Notes: generated by a model from the letters alone, not told the origin. Positions 55,062 to 64,000 are shown, numbered from the stretch's first letter. The stretch is 64,000 nucleotides of DNA from Gemmatimonadota bacterium (GCA_039588295.1 JBDHAB010000007.1:10829-74828), one strand, 5' to 3'. A program made the numbers and translations.

Positions 55062-56096
55062 TCACTCCCCGTGCGGGCGTCTTCCCGTTGCGTACGCCCG
55101 GGCCGCCTCAGCACGCGCTGCGGCGTCCCCAAAGATCTTCTCTCCATCGAACCGGCCGTTCTCGATGAAGATCTCCGAGATATCGAACCCCGCGGTGATG
55201 CTCCCGGCGAGATGAACGCCCGGCACGGACGTCTCGAGGGTCCCAGGGTCCAGCTCGGGTCGGCCCGTGGCCGCATCGTAGGCGACCCCGACCCGGTCGA
55301 AGAGGGAAAGATCCGGACGAAATCCGGTGAGGGCATACACGCGGTCGGCAGGCAACCGCTCGTGGCTCCCGTCGGCCCGCTCGATGTGCACGCATTGTCC
55401 GTCGATGGCGAGCACGTGGGCTCCCAACCGTGCGGCGATTTCGCCCGCTTCGATCCGGTTCAGGATGTCGGGGCGCAGCCAGTACTTCACCGAGCGGGAG
55501 AAGGCGGTCCCACGGTAGACCAGAGTCACGCGGGCTCCGGCCCGAAACAGCTGCAGGGCGGCTTCGACGGCGGAATTCCGACCGCCGATGACGACGACAT
55601 CGAGGCCATAGCTCAGGTGTGCCTCGTCGAAGTAATGGCGGACGTGTGGAGGATCCTCGCCGCTCACGCCCAAGAGGTTGGGCTGATCGAAATACCCTGT
55701 TGCCAAGACCATGCGCCCGCAGGTCACCTGCTCCGTGCTCCTGCCGGTGTCGACGATGCACCGGATCGCCCGTTCGATGGGTTCCGCCTCGACGAGGCGC
55801 GTGTAGGTTTGCACGCGCAAGCCCTCGGCCCGCGCGACACCACGGTAGTACTTGAGCGCCTCCTCGCGCGTGGGCTTGGCGCCGGCGCACACGAGGGGGT
55901 GACCCCCAATCTCGAGCCGCTCCGGCGTGGTGAAGAACACCATGCCGACGGGGTAGTGGACGATGGAGTTGGCCACTGCTCCGGCATCGATCACGAGGGG
56001 ATCGAACCCGCGCCGGCGTGCTGAGATCGCGCACGCGAGTCCGATCGGACCGGCGCCCACGATCAGAACGTCTTCGCTGCGTGTGGGGGGCTTCAT
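55062..56096 (-). CDS. ypdA: YpdA-family FAD/NAD(P)H disulfide reductase (putative bacillithiol disulfide reductase)
   Basis: DVLIVGAGPIGLACAISARRRGFDPLVID, then SIVHYPVGMVFFTTPE; a second dinucleotide fold VVVIGGRNSAVEAA. Length ~344 aa. Confidence 0.75.
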   Translation of the reverse strand: MKPPTRSEDVLIVGAGPIGLACAISARRRGFDPLVIDAGAVANSIVHYPVGMVFFTTPERLEIGGHPLVCAGAKPTREEALKYYRGVARAEGLRVQTYTRLVEAEPIERAIRCIVDTGRSTEQVTCGRMVLATGYFDQPNLLGVSGEDPPHVRHYFDEAHLSYGLDVVVIGGRNSAVEAALQLFRAGARVTLVYRGTAFSRSVKYWLRPDILNRIEAGEIAARLGAHVLAIDGQCVHIERADGSHERLPADRVYALTGFRPDLSLFDRVGVAYDAATGRPELDPGTLETSVPGVHLAGSITAGFDISEIFIENGRFDGEKIFGDAAARAEAARAYATGRRPHGE

Positions 56097-56186
56097 TTCA
56101 GTGTCGACGTTGGTACTGTTCCTAGGGATCGGAGCTGAGGGAGCCTCCTCGTTGGCAAATGTAACGCCCTTGCTGCTGGGTTGGCG

Positions 56187-57314
56187 ATGAATCGGACCGT
56201 CTTGGTGCTAGGAGGGTATGGCGGCGCGGGCCGTCGGATCACGGAGCTATTGGCGCGGGAGTCCGGGGTGCGGGTCGTGGTGGGTGGGCGGCAACTGGGC
56301 CCGGCGCAGGGATGGGCGGCGGAGCTCAACCGCGAGCTTCGAAGTGAGCGAGTCACCGCCGTCCTAGCGGAAGCTTCCAACCCGAGCCTGCTCAGGAAGG
56401 CGTTGGCCGACGTCGACCTCGTCGTGGTTGCGTCGAGCACGGCTGCACACGTTGCCACGGTGGCCCAAGCGGCGATCGAGGCCGAGGTGGATTACCTGGA
56501 TATCCAATACTCCACGTCGAAGCTACGTGTGCTGGACTCGATGAGGGCTGAGATCGAGCGGCGAGGTCGCTGCTTCATTACCGACGGCGGCTTCCACCCG
56601 GGACTGCCTGCGGTTCTCATCCGCTTCGCCGCCGGCTTCCTGGACCGCCTGCAGCGGGCGAACGTGGCGGCTGTGGCGAGAATCGATTGGCGGAATCGCA
56701 CGGTTGCAGCATCGACGAGCACGGAGTTTGCGGAGGAACTGCGGCATTACGAGCCGACGGTGCTCAAGCGAGGCACATGGGCCCGCTCCCGTTGGTGGGA
56801 ACGCAAGCGATTCGCGTTTGGCAAGCCGTTCGGGACGTTGTCCACGGTGCCGATGCAACTCGGGGAGATGCGGAACCTCCCGCATCAGTTTCCCATGCTG
56901 GTCGATGCGGGATTCTACGTTGCCGGACTCAATTGGTTTGTCGACTATCTTGCGATGCCGTTCGGCATGCTGGCGCAGCGTCTGGCGGGTGATCGCGCCA
57001 CGCCGGCGGTCGGGAAGCTGATCGGGTGGGGGCTGCGAACCTTCACAGTGCCCCCCTACGGGACCGTGGCAGTCGTCGAGGCGAGCGGGTGGAAGAAGGG
57101 GAGGTTGGTGGCAGTCCGAGGTCGGATCGCTCACGAGGACGGTTACGAGCTGACCGCGATCACGGTTGTGGGGTGTCTGCTCCAATACCTGGACGGTTCC
57201 GCAAGACGACCGGGGCTGTGGCATCAGGCGCACCTCGTCGATCCGCGCCGGCTCGTGACGGACTTGGAGCGCCTCGGCGCCACGGTCGAGTACGATCTGG
57301 AGGTCGAGACATGA
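56187..57314 (+). CDS. Saccharopine-dehydrogenase NADP-binding-domain protein (function unknown)
   Basis: MNRTVLVLGGYGGAGRRI Rossmann start. The remainder is not assignable by eye. ATG 56187 lies within the listed TTG-started ORF. Confidence 0.6.
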   Translation: MNRTVLVLGGYGGAGRRITELLARESGVRVVVGGRQLGPAQGWAAELNRELRSERVTAVLAEASNPSLLRKALADVDLVVVASSTAAHVATVAQAAIEAEVDYLDIQYSTSKLRVLDSMRAEIERRGRCFITDGGFHPGLPAVLIRFAAGFLDRLQRANVAAVARIDWRNRTVAASTSTEFAEELRHYEPTVLKRGTWARSRWWERKRFAFGKPFGTLSTVPMQLGEMRNLPHQFPMLVDAGFYVAGLNWFVDYLAMPFGMLAQRLAGDRATPAVGKLIGWGLRTFTVPPYGTVAVVEASGWKKGRLVAVRGRIAHEDGYELTAITVVGCLLQYLDGSARRPGLWHQAHLVDPRRLVTDLERLGATVEYDLEVET

Positions 57315-57354
57315 ACGCTCTACGGTGGGCGGGCATCATGGGAGAGAGACCGGT

Positions 57355-58701
57355 ATGACGCAGCGCGCTGTCATTTTGGGTGCGGCAGGACGTGACTTTC
57401 ACAATTTCAACGTCTTCTTCAGGGGCAACCCCGAATATCACGTCGTCGCGTTCACTGCGACACAGATTCCGGATATCGACGGACGCCGCTATCCGCCGGA
57501 GCTTGCCGGCGAGGGGTATCCAGACGGCGTACCGATCGAGGCCGAGCAGGATCTCAGCCGACTGATTCGCGACAAGAGCGTAGACGTCGCCGTGTTTGCC
57601 TATAGCGATGTTTCGCACGAGCACGTGATGCACGTCGGTGCTCGGGCCATGGCGGCTGGGGCGAGCTTCCTGCTCCTGGGCCCACGGCAGACCATGCTCA
57701 CGGCGAAGGTTCCGGTCATCTCGGTCTGTGCCGCGCGGACGGGAGCCGGAAAGAGCCAGACGAGTCGACGAGTAGCGGCCATCTTGCGGAGCAAGGGGAA
57801 GCGGATCGTCGTGGTGCGCCATCCGATGCCGTATGGCGACTTGACCCGGCAGGCCGTCCAGCGGTTTGCGAGCTTCGAAGATCTCGATGCACACCGCGTC
57901 ACCATTGAAGAGCGAGAGGAGTACGAGCCGCACATTCGCGCGGGCTGCGTGGTGTATGCGGGGGTTGATTACGAGCGGATTCTGCAGCGGGCCGAGCAAG
58001 AGGCGGACGTGATCATTTGGGACGGCGGCAACAACGACCTGCCCTTCTACAGGCCCGATCTCCACATTGTGGTGGTCGACCCCCATCGGGCGGACCACGC
58101 GAAGCGGTACCACCCAGGGGAAACGAATGTCCGGATGGCGGACGTCATCGTCGTGAACAAGGTGGGAACGGCCGGTTTGGCGGAAGTGGAGCAGGCACGG
58201 AGCGTAGCCATGGATCTCAACCCCGACGCGGTAGTCATCGAGGCGGCAAGCCCGATCTTGGTCGAGGAGCCAGCGTATATCCGTGGCAAGCGGGTACTGG
58301 TCATCGAAGACGGACCGACACTCACCCACGGTGAGATGGCGTACGGGGCGGGCTGGGTGGCTGCTCGCCGCTTCGGAGCGGCGGAGATCGTTGACCCGCG
58401 GCCCCATGCCGTCGGGTCGATTCGGGAGACGTTCGAGCGGTACCCCACGACAGGCGCGGTACTGCCCGCTATGGGATACGGTACGCAGCAGGTGGATGAG
58501 TTGGCTCGAACCATTGCGGCGGTCCCTGCCGATCTCGTGTTGATTGCCACGCCAATCGATCTGCGCCATCTCATTGATTTCGACAAGCCGACGCTTCGCG
58601 TACGTTATGAGCTTCAGGAGATCGGACGTCCGACTCTGGAGGACGTCCTCTCGGGCTTCGATGACGGAGCGGGCTCGGTCGAAGGAGTGGCGGCTCCGTA
58701 G
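57355..58701 (+). CDS. COG2403-type P-loop protein (cyclic 2,3-diphosphoglycerate synthetase-like family)
   Basis: AVILGAAGRDFHNFNVFFR N-terminus, Walker-A-like ARTGAGKS, and a later WDGGNND motif. Size ~448 aa. The family call is from memory of archaeal cDPG synthetase homologues. Confidence 0.6.
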   Translation: MTQRAVILGAAGRDFHNFNVFFRGNPEYHVVAFTATQIPDIDGRRYPPELAGEGYPDGVPIEAEQDLSRLIRDKSVDVAVFAYSDVSHEHVMHVGARAMAAGASFLLLGPRQTMLTAKVPVISVCAARTGAGKSQTSRRVAAILRSKGKRIVVVRHPMPYGDLTRQAVQRFASFEDLDAHRVTIEEREEYEPHIRAGCVVYAGVDYERILQRAEQEADVIIWDGGNNDLPFYRPDLHIVVVDPHRADHAKRYHPGETNVRMADVIVVNKVGTAGLAEVEQARSVAMDLNPDAVVIEAASPILVEEPAYIRGKRVLVIEDGPTLTHGEMAYGAGWVAARRFGAAEIVDPRPHAVGSIRETFERYPTTGAVLPAMGYGTQQVDELARTIAAVPADLVLIATPIDLRHLIDFDKPTLRVRYELQEIGRPTLEDVLSGFDDGAGSVEGVAAP

Positions 58702-58726
58702 CGCTGCAGTCGAGAGGAGATCCGCT

Positions 58727-59926
58727 GTGACAGCGACGAACGGGACAATCGGACTTCTGACCGGCGGTGGGGATGTTCCCGGTCTCAATCCTGCCATTCG
58801 CGCCATTACGATTCGCGCGCTGCGGGAGGGCTACCGCGTGCTGGGAATTCGCCGAGGCTGGGCTGGCCTCATCGATCTCGTTCCAGAGCGCGACGCTGAT
58901 AACAGCATGCATGTGCAGATGCTGACGGAGGACGTCGTCAATCGTGCGGGTCGGACGGGAGGGACGTTCCTCCACACATCGCGCACGCGGCCGAGCCGGC
59001 TTCCCAAGCCGGTGGTGCCCGAACACCTCCGCGACCGGTACACGGATGAGATCAACGATGTGACACCGTCGGTGTTGAGGAACCTCGAGTTCCTTGGAAT
59101 CGACTATCTCGTGCCGATCGGTGGCGACGATACGCTGAGCTACGGCCTGCGCCTGCACCAGGAGGGGGTGAAGGTCGTGGCGGTCCCCAAGACCATGGAC
59201 AATGACGTTCCCGGTACGGACTACTGCATCGGGTTCAGCACGTGCGTGACCCGCACGATTGAGATGACCCACAGCCTGCGGACCTCCGCGGGGTCACACG
59301 AGCGGTTCCTCGTCATCGAGGTGTTTGGGCGGTACGCGGGGTATACGGCGCTGCTGCCTACCATGGCGGGCGCGGCGGATCGGTGCCTGATTCCCGAACA
59401 CCGCTTCCAACTAGAGCATCTCTGCGAGCTGCTCAGCTACGACCGCGGACGAAACCCGAGCAAGTACGCAGTGGTGCTCGTATCGGAGGGAGCCCGCATG
59501 ACGGACGATGACGAAATGTCCTTCGAAGGTCAGGAACAGGATCAGTATGGTCATCGCAAGCTCGGGGGGATCGGCGATAAGGTCGCGTCGCGCCTCAAGC
59601 TTTGCTCACCGAGGTACAATCAGGGTCGGCGCGTGAACATCGTGAACCAGCGTCTTGGCTACCTGGTGCGGTGTGGCGATCCGGATGCGATGGACTCGAT
59701 CGTGCCCATGGCCTTCGGCAACCTCGCGCTCGACCTGGTACTCGGAGGCACCTCCGGCCGCTTGGTGAGCCTGCGCAACGGTGTGTACGACAGTGTGCCG
59801 ATCGACGTGGTGACGGGCCGCAAGAAGGTCATCGACGTCGACAAGTACTACAATGTCGAGCGTCTCCGACCCAACTACAAGACCTTCATCCGACAACCCC
59901 TGTTCATCATGACGAGCGATGTCTGA
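58727..59926 (+). CDS. 6-phosphofructokinase, probably PPi-dependent
   Basis: GLLTGGGDVPGLNPAIR, PIGGDDTLS and VPKTMDNDV motifs. GTG 58727 has GAGAGGAG upstream. The Asp in GGDD and the Lys in PKTxDND are the residues associated with PPi use. Confidence 0.8.
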   Translation: MTATNGTIGLLTGGGDVPGLNPAIRAITIRALREGYRVLGIRRGWAGLIDLVPERDADNSMHVQMLTEDVVNRAGRTGGTFLHTSRTRPSRLPKPVVPEHLRDRYTDEINDVTPSVLRNLEFLGIDYLVPIGGDDTLSYGLRLHQEGVKVVAVPKTMDNDVPGTDYCIGFSTCVTRTIEMTHSLRTSAGSHERFLVIEVFGRYAGYTALLPTMAGAADRCLIPEHRFQLEHLCELLSYDRGRNPSKYAVVLVSEGARMTDDDEMSFEGQEQDQYGHRKLGGIGDKVASRLKLCSPRYNQGRRVNIVNQRLGYLVRCGDPDAMDSIVPMAFGNLALDLVLGGTSGRLVSLRNGVYDSVPIDVVTGRKKVIDVDKYYNVERLRPNYKTFIRQPLFIMTSDV

Positions 59927-60473
59927 ATCGCTGCGCGACGCGGTCGAGGAGCTCTGGCCCGAACTCGAGTGGATTGAGTCGAAGGAGCTCCGCGAGCAAG
60001 TCACACAGACGTGGGTCCGGGCGTTCGAGCAGAGTCCGCTCGCGCCCGCCGACCTCAACCGGATTCCGTTCACCCTTCTGGTGCCGAACTGTCCGGCCAC
60101 CTTCATGGAGCACAAGCGCTGCGTCGTCCACATTGCACGGCGAGCGGCGGAATCGATGCACGAGTTCCTTGGGAGCGCGCTCCACATCGACCGGGACACA
60201 GTGATTGCCGGAGCGATTCTGGCCGATGTCGGCAAGTTGTTGGAATACGAGAAACGCGATGGAGAGACGCGACAGAGCGCCCGCGGTCAGAGTCTCCGCC
60301 ATCCGTTTACGGGTGTGGCCCTTGCCATGGCATGCCATGTGCCGGACGCGGTCTGTCACATCATTGCCACGCATGCCGCCGAGGGTGACTTGGTGCAGCG
60401 GAGCACCGAGGCCTACATCGTCCATCATGCGGATTTCATGAGCTACTTGCCGTTCAAGAACCTCGCCGGCTGA
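59919..60473 (+). CDS. HD-domain phosphohydrolase-like protein
   Basis: H...HD-type pattern (HKRCVVH...ILADVGKL...H.A.H.D). ATG overlaps the PFK stop by 8 nt (ATGTCTGA). Confidence 0.65.
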   Translation: MSESLRDAVEELWPELEWIESKELREQVTQTWVRAFEQSPLAPADLNRIPFTLLVPNCPATFMEHKRCVVHIARRAAESMHEFLGSALHIDRDTVIAGAILADVGKLLEYEKRDGETRQSARGQSLRHPFTGVALAMACHVPDAVCHIIATHAAEGDLVQRSTEAYIVHHADFMSYLPFKNLAG

Positions 60474-60511
60474 CGGGCCGCATCCCGGGCAGACGGAAGG
60501 AGCCATCCGGA

Positions 60512-61891
60512 ATGTCACAGTCGATCACCGCCACCATGGCCCAGTGGGCCGCCGACCTCGGGTTCGACGATCTCGGAGCCGAAGCGATTCACGAATCGCG
60601 GCGCTACCTGCTCGACTCGCTGGGCTGTGCCTTTGGGGGATATCGCCAGGAGGACGCCCGCATCGCCCTGGATGTGCTGGGCGAGATCGGCGGGTCCGGA
60701 CTGGCGACGGTCCTCGGGAGCGGCGCGCGAACCGATCCCGTGTCGGCGTCGCTGGCGAATGCGCTCATGGTCCGGGTGATGGACTACAACGACATCTACT
60801 GGCAGCAGGACCCATCACATCCGTCGGATATCATCCCGGCCGCGATCGCCTGTGGCGAACGTGCCGGTCGGACCGGTAAGGACCTGATCGTCGGCATCGT
60901 CCTCGGGCACGAATTCGAGATGCGGCTGTGCGAGGCGGCGTTTCCGGGCATCCGGGAACGCGGATGGCATCACGCGACGCTCACGGCCTTCGTCTCGCCG
61001 ATCGTGGCGGGTCGAATGCTCGGTCTGTCGTGGGATCGCATTCAGCATGCGATCGGGATCTCGGCGTCGCGACACGCGACGTTCGGTGCAGTGACCGCTG
61101 GCAAGCTCACGATGATGAAGAACACGGTGGATCCGTTGGCGACGCAGAGCGGCGTACTCGCGGCGCTGTTGGCCGAACGCGGCTATACGGGTCCGGAGCA
61201 CGTGGTGGATGGCAAGGAAGGACTGGTCCACTGCTTCGGGCCGGAGTGGAAGCTCGAGATTCTCACAGAGGGTTTGGGGCAGTCGTGGCGCATCGAGCGC
61301 TGCGGGATGAAAGCATTTCCGACCGAGGCGTTGACGCACGCCCCGATCTCCGCGGTGCTTGCCATCGTGCAGGAGCACGATCTGGCACCCGAGCAGGTGG
61401 CGACGGTGCGTATCCGCTCGCTTGCGCGCGCGGCCGATATCCTGGCAGACCCGAGCAAGTACGACCCGCGAACAAAGGAGACCGCGGACCACAGTCTCCC
61501 GTATGTCGTCGCGGCTGCCCTGGTCGACCGTCAAGTCACGCCAGCCCAGTTTGAGTCCGACCGTATCATGGACCCGAAGATTCGTGAGCAGCTCCGCAAG
61601 GTCGAAGTGGTGGCCGACCCCGAGATCGAGAAGGTGTTTCCGGAATTGCAGCGGGTAATTGTGCAGATCGACACGACGGACGGTCGTGCGTTGACGCAAA
61701 CGTTGGACTACCCGAAGGGTGATCCGCGAAACCCACTCACCGACCATGAGATCGAAGAGAAGTTCGACGCGCTCGCGGCGCCGGTGCTCTCGCAGCGTGC
61801 GAGGGACCGGCTGAAGGCCGCCGTCTGGGAGCTGGAGTCCATGGACTCGATTTCAGACCTCATGGCGCTGTGCCGGGCCGACGTAACGTGA
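60512..61891 (+). CDS. MmgE/PrpD-family protein (2-methylcitrate dehydratase-like)
   Basis: Typical N-terminus (A.WAADL.FDDL...A....LLDSLGCAFGG) with D.ND and HPS.. motifs. 459 aa. Confidence 0.85.
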   Translation: MSQSITATMAQWAADLGFDDLGAEAIHESRRYLLDSLGCAFGGYRQEDARIALDVLGEIGGSGLATVLGSGARTDPVSASLANALMVRVMDYNDIYWQQDPSHPSDIIPAAIACGERAGRTGKDLIVGIVLGHEFEMRLCEAAFPGIRERGWHHATLTAFVSPIVAGRMLGLSWDRIQHAIGISASRHATFGAVTAGKLTMMKNTVDPLATQSGVLAALLAERGYTGPEHVVDGKEGLVHCFGPEWKLEILTEGLGQSWRIERCGMKAFPTEALTHAPISAVLAIVQEHDLAPEQVATVRIRSLARAADILADPSKYDPRTKETADHSLPYVVAAALVDRQVTPAQFESDRIMDPKIREQLRKVEVVADPEIEKVFPELQRVIVQIDTTDGRALTQTLDYPKGDPRNPLTDHEIEEKFDALAAPVLSQRARDRLKAAVWELESMDSISDLMALCRADVT

Positions 61892-61957
61892 TCCCGCAGT
61901 GGCGGGGCGGAGGCGATGGCCGTGGCCGCGGTATCGCCTCCCCTGGGTGAGGGCATT

Positions 61958-63901
61958 ATGGGACAGACCGTCGTTGAGAAGATCGCCCAGCAGCACATGA
62001 CAGCCGGTCCCGAGCGGTCGATCTGCACGGGAGACGTCGTGTCGCTTCGGCCTCGGTACGTGATGACCCATGACAACACGGCCGCGGTGATGAAGAAGTT
62101 CCAATCCATTGGTGCGACGCGGATTTGGGATCCTCGGCAGCCGGTCTTCGCACTCGATCACGACATCCAGAACACCTCGGAGACGAATCTCGCCAAGTAT
62201 CGGGAGATCGAGGCGTTCGCGCGCGCGCACGGCGTCGACTTCTACCCGGCCGGGACGGGCATCGGACACCAGATCGTCGTGGCTCGTGGGTATGCGGTAC
62301 CGGGCGCGCTCGTCGTGGCGTCGGATTCCCATTCCAACATGTACGGCGCGGTTGGGGCCCTCGGGACACCGGTCGTCAGGACGGACGCTGCCGCCATCTG
62401 GGCGACCGGCGAATTCTGGTGGCAGATTCCCAGAACGGTACAGGTCGTGTTGCACGGTCACTTGCGCGATGGCGTGACAGGGAAGGATGTCATCATTACG
62501 CTGTGTGGACTCTACAACGACGAGGTACTGAACGCGGCGGTCGAGTTTGCAGGGCCGGCGATCGCGGGCCTCAGCATGGACGCGCGCATGACGATCGCCA
62601 ACATGACCACCGAGTGGGGTGCGTTGGTCGGCTGGTTTCCAGTGGACGATGTGACCCTTCGGTACCTCGCTCGCCGCAAGGAGCTGCTGGACGCGCAAGG
62701 GGAGACACGGTATACGGACGAAGACCTGGCGCAGTGGCGCGAAGCGCCGCCAGCCCCCGATCCGGAAGCGGCGTACGCGGGGCGCATCGACCTGAACTTG
62801 TCCGACGTCAGTCCGCACGCGTCGGGCCCTGACAGTGTGCACGTGATGCGTTCCGTCGCGGATATCGAACAGGATCGGGTCGTGATACAGAAGGCCTATC
62901 TGGTCTCGTGTGTCAACAGTCGCGTCGAAGATCTGGAAGCCGCCGCGCGTGTGATGCGCGGGAAGCGCGTCGCCGATGGGGTCGAGTTCTATGTCTCGGC
63001 GGCGAGCCGCGAGGTGGAGGAAGCCGCGGCGGAATCCGATGCGTGGGGCGCGTTGTTGGAAGCGGGGGCGAGGCCGCTGCCCCCCGGCTGCGGCCCGTGT
63101 ATCGGCTTGGGTGCCGGGCTGCTCGAGTCGGGTGAGGTCGGCATCTCCGCCACGAACCGCAACTTCAAGGGTCGCATGGGGTCGAGGGACGCCCGGTGCT
63201 ATCTGGCCAGCCCGGAGGTGGTGGCCGCCTCAGCGGTCGCGGGATACATCACCGGGCCCCGTGCGTCCGACGGACGCCAACCGGAGCGCCGGTATGCCGA
63301 GCCGGCGACCGCAGCCTCCGCAGCCGAAGCGGTAAAGATCCAGGAGGGATTCCCGGAGCGAGTCTCCGGGCGGCTCGTCTTCGTGCCGCAGGACAGCCTC
63401 AATACCGACGGGATCTACGGCAAGGACTACACGTATCGCGAGGGCATGACACCGGGGGAAATGGCAGGTGTGGTCATGGAGAACTACGATCCCACGTTCT
63501 CCGAGCGGGTGCGGCCGGGAGACATCCTGGTGGGTGGCTGGAACTTCGGCACAGGGTCGTCGCGCGAACAGGCCGTGACGGCGCTCCAGGCGAAAGGGCT
63601 TCCGCTGGTGATCGCGGGAAGTTTCTCGCAGACGTACCTGCGCAACGCGTACAACAACGGGTATCCCTGCATCGCGTGCGACGCGTTGGTGAGACGGTTG
63701 AAGGAGTTACTCACCGCTGCCGTCACCGCGCGCGAGCTCACCGTGATTCCAGGTGACGAACTGCTCGTAGATTTCGCGCGGAGCACGTTGCGCTACCGCG
63801 ATGAGGTATTCGCGTTTCCACCGTTGGGGGCCGTACCGCAATCGCTGGTCATCGCGGGTGGGATCGAGAATCAAATTCGGAACAAGCTGGGAGTGGGTTG
63901 A
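61958..63901 (+). CDS. Aconitase-superfamily dehydratase with fused large and small (swivel) domains (homoaconitase/isopropylmalate isomerase-like)
   Basis: MGQTVVEKI...DHD, ASDSHSNMYG, and Fe-S cluster Cys ligands in SCVNSR and PGCGPCIG. C-terminal swivel part has GWNFGTGSSREQA. Confidence 0.85.
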   Translation: MGQTVVEKIAQQHMTAGPERSICTGDVVSLRPRYVMTHDNTAAVMKKFQSIGATRIWDPRQPVFALDHDIQNTSETNLAKYREIEAFARAHGVDFYPAGTGIGHQIVVARGYAVPGALVVASDSHSNMYGAVGALGTPVVRTDAAAIWATGEFWWQIPRTVQVVLHGHLRDGVTGKDVIITLCGLYNDEVLNAAVEFAGPAIAGLSMDARMTIANMTTEWGALVGWFPVDDVTLRYLARRKELLDAQGETRYTDEDLAQWREAPPAPDPEAAYAGRIDLNLSDVSPHASGPDSVHVMRSVADIEQDRVVIQKAYLVSCVNSRVEDLEAAARVMRGKRVADGVEFYVSAASREVEEAAAESDAWGALLEAGARPLPPGCGPCIGLGAGLLESGEVGISATNRNFKGRMGSRDARCYLASPEVVAASAVAGYITGPRASDGRQPERRYAEPATAASAAEAVKIQEGFPERVSGRLVFVPQDSLNTDGIYGKDYTYREGMTPGEMAGVVMENYDPTFSERVRPGDILVGGWNFGTGSSREQAVTALQAKGLPLVIAGSFSQTYLRNAYNNGYPCIACDALVRRLKELLTAAVTARELTVIPGDELLVDFARSTLRYRDEVFAFPPLGAVPQSLVIAGGIENQIRNKLGVG

Positions 63902-63949
63902 CCGTCGTAGCCGCTCTCGAGCGCTGAAGGTTGGGAGGAAGAGGCTGAA

Positions 63950-64000
63950 ATGGGGAAACACACCGTCGTGACGATGCCGGGTGATGGGATCGGGGCCGTC
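63950..64000 (+). CDS. Start of an isocitrate/isopropylmalate/homoisocitrate dehydrogenase-family gene (truncated by the window end)
   Basis: MGKHTVVTMPGDGIGAV matches the ..LPGDGIGPEV N-terminal signature. GGGAGG SD upstream. Only 17 codons are visible. Confidence 0.5.
   Translation, partial: MGKHTVVTMPGDGIGAV

Noticed and set aside
57160-58806. 548-aa minus-strand ORF. Similar long antisense ORFs occur at 17704-18951, 34738-36150, 42119-43429, 43505-44740, 46958-48346, 53772-54713 and 55071-56024.
   Set aside because: Each lies opposite a gene with strong family signatures and shows shadow-frame composition. They are treated as GC-driven artefacts.

Overview
This is a GC-rich, densely coding bacterial chromosomal window with about 58 protein genes on both strands. 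I recognised no rRNA, tRNA, CRISPR array, transposase or integrase. All family calls come from reading motifs in the supplied translations and checking start/stop context in the nucleotide sequence. No database search was run, so family names are hypotheses with the stated confidence.

Layout:
(1) 1-7.7 kb is a copper locus. It holds the 3' end of copA plus copG (DUF411) on the plus strand. These converge on a complete eight-gene, translationally coupled minus-strand operon. In transcription order the operon encodes a His-rich lipoprotein, an outer-membrane beta-barrel, a dihaem cytochrome c and a PCYCGC protein. It continues with a doubly anchored cupredoxin carrying a CuA ligand signature, a NapH/CcoG-like membrane polyferredoxin and a second CuA-signature cupredoxin fused to cytochrome c. 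The last gene is a DUF1573-like lipoprotein whose frame is broken by a single in-frame TGA at its conserved Cys motif.
(2) 7.9-38.6 kb holds mixed housekeeping and envelope genes. These include a CBS-pair protein, a MEMO-like protein, M1 and Zn metalloproteases, an NPP phosphodiesterase and udk. The region also holds a MacA/MacB-like efflux set without an ATPase gene, ferredoxin, bacilliredoxin, GDPD, a DHp-REC protein and a DUF4097 repeat protein. MscS, D-aminoacylase, a fasciclin protein and rmuC are here as well.
(3) 39-45 kb holds two tandem glutamate dehydrogenases of different subfamilies, followed by a 1005-aa REC-REC-PEP/pyruvate-binding protein.
(4) 46-55 kb is a minus-strand amino-acid/2-oxoacid catabolic block. 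It encodes SDR-type threonine dehydrogenase, a CoA-transferase, alanine dehydrogenase, a 2-oxoacid:ferredoxin oxidoreductase with fused delta-alpha and beta-gamma subunits, and an ADP-forming acyl-CoA synthetase.
(5) 55-64 kb holds ypdA and then a plus-strand operon. The operon encodes a saccharopine-dehydrogenase-like protein, a COG2403/cyclic-2,3-diphosphoglycerate-synthetase-like protein, a probable PPi-phosphofructokinase and an HD hydrolase. It continues with a PrpD-family protein, a fused aconitase-family dehydratase and the start of an isopropylmalate/isocitrate-dehydrogenase-family gene.

The best candidate for an undescribed system is the copper-linked porin/cytochrome/CuA-cupredoxin/polyferredoxin operon and its TGA-interrupted terminal gene. 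Gene content (bacillithiol-type redox genes, DUF5916/DUF4953-type secreted proteins, paired MacB permeases) weakly suggests a Gemmatimonadota-like or similar soil lineage. That is inference only.
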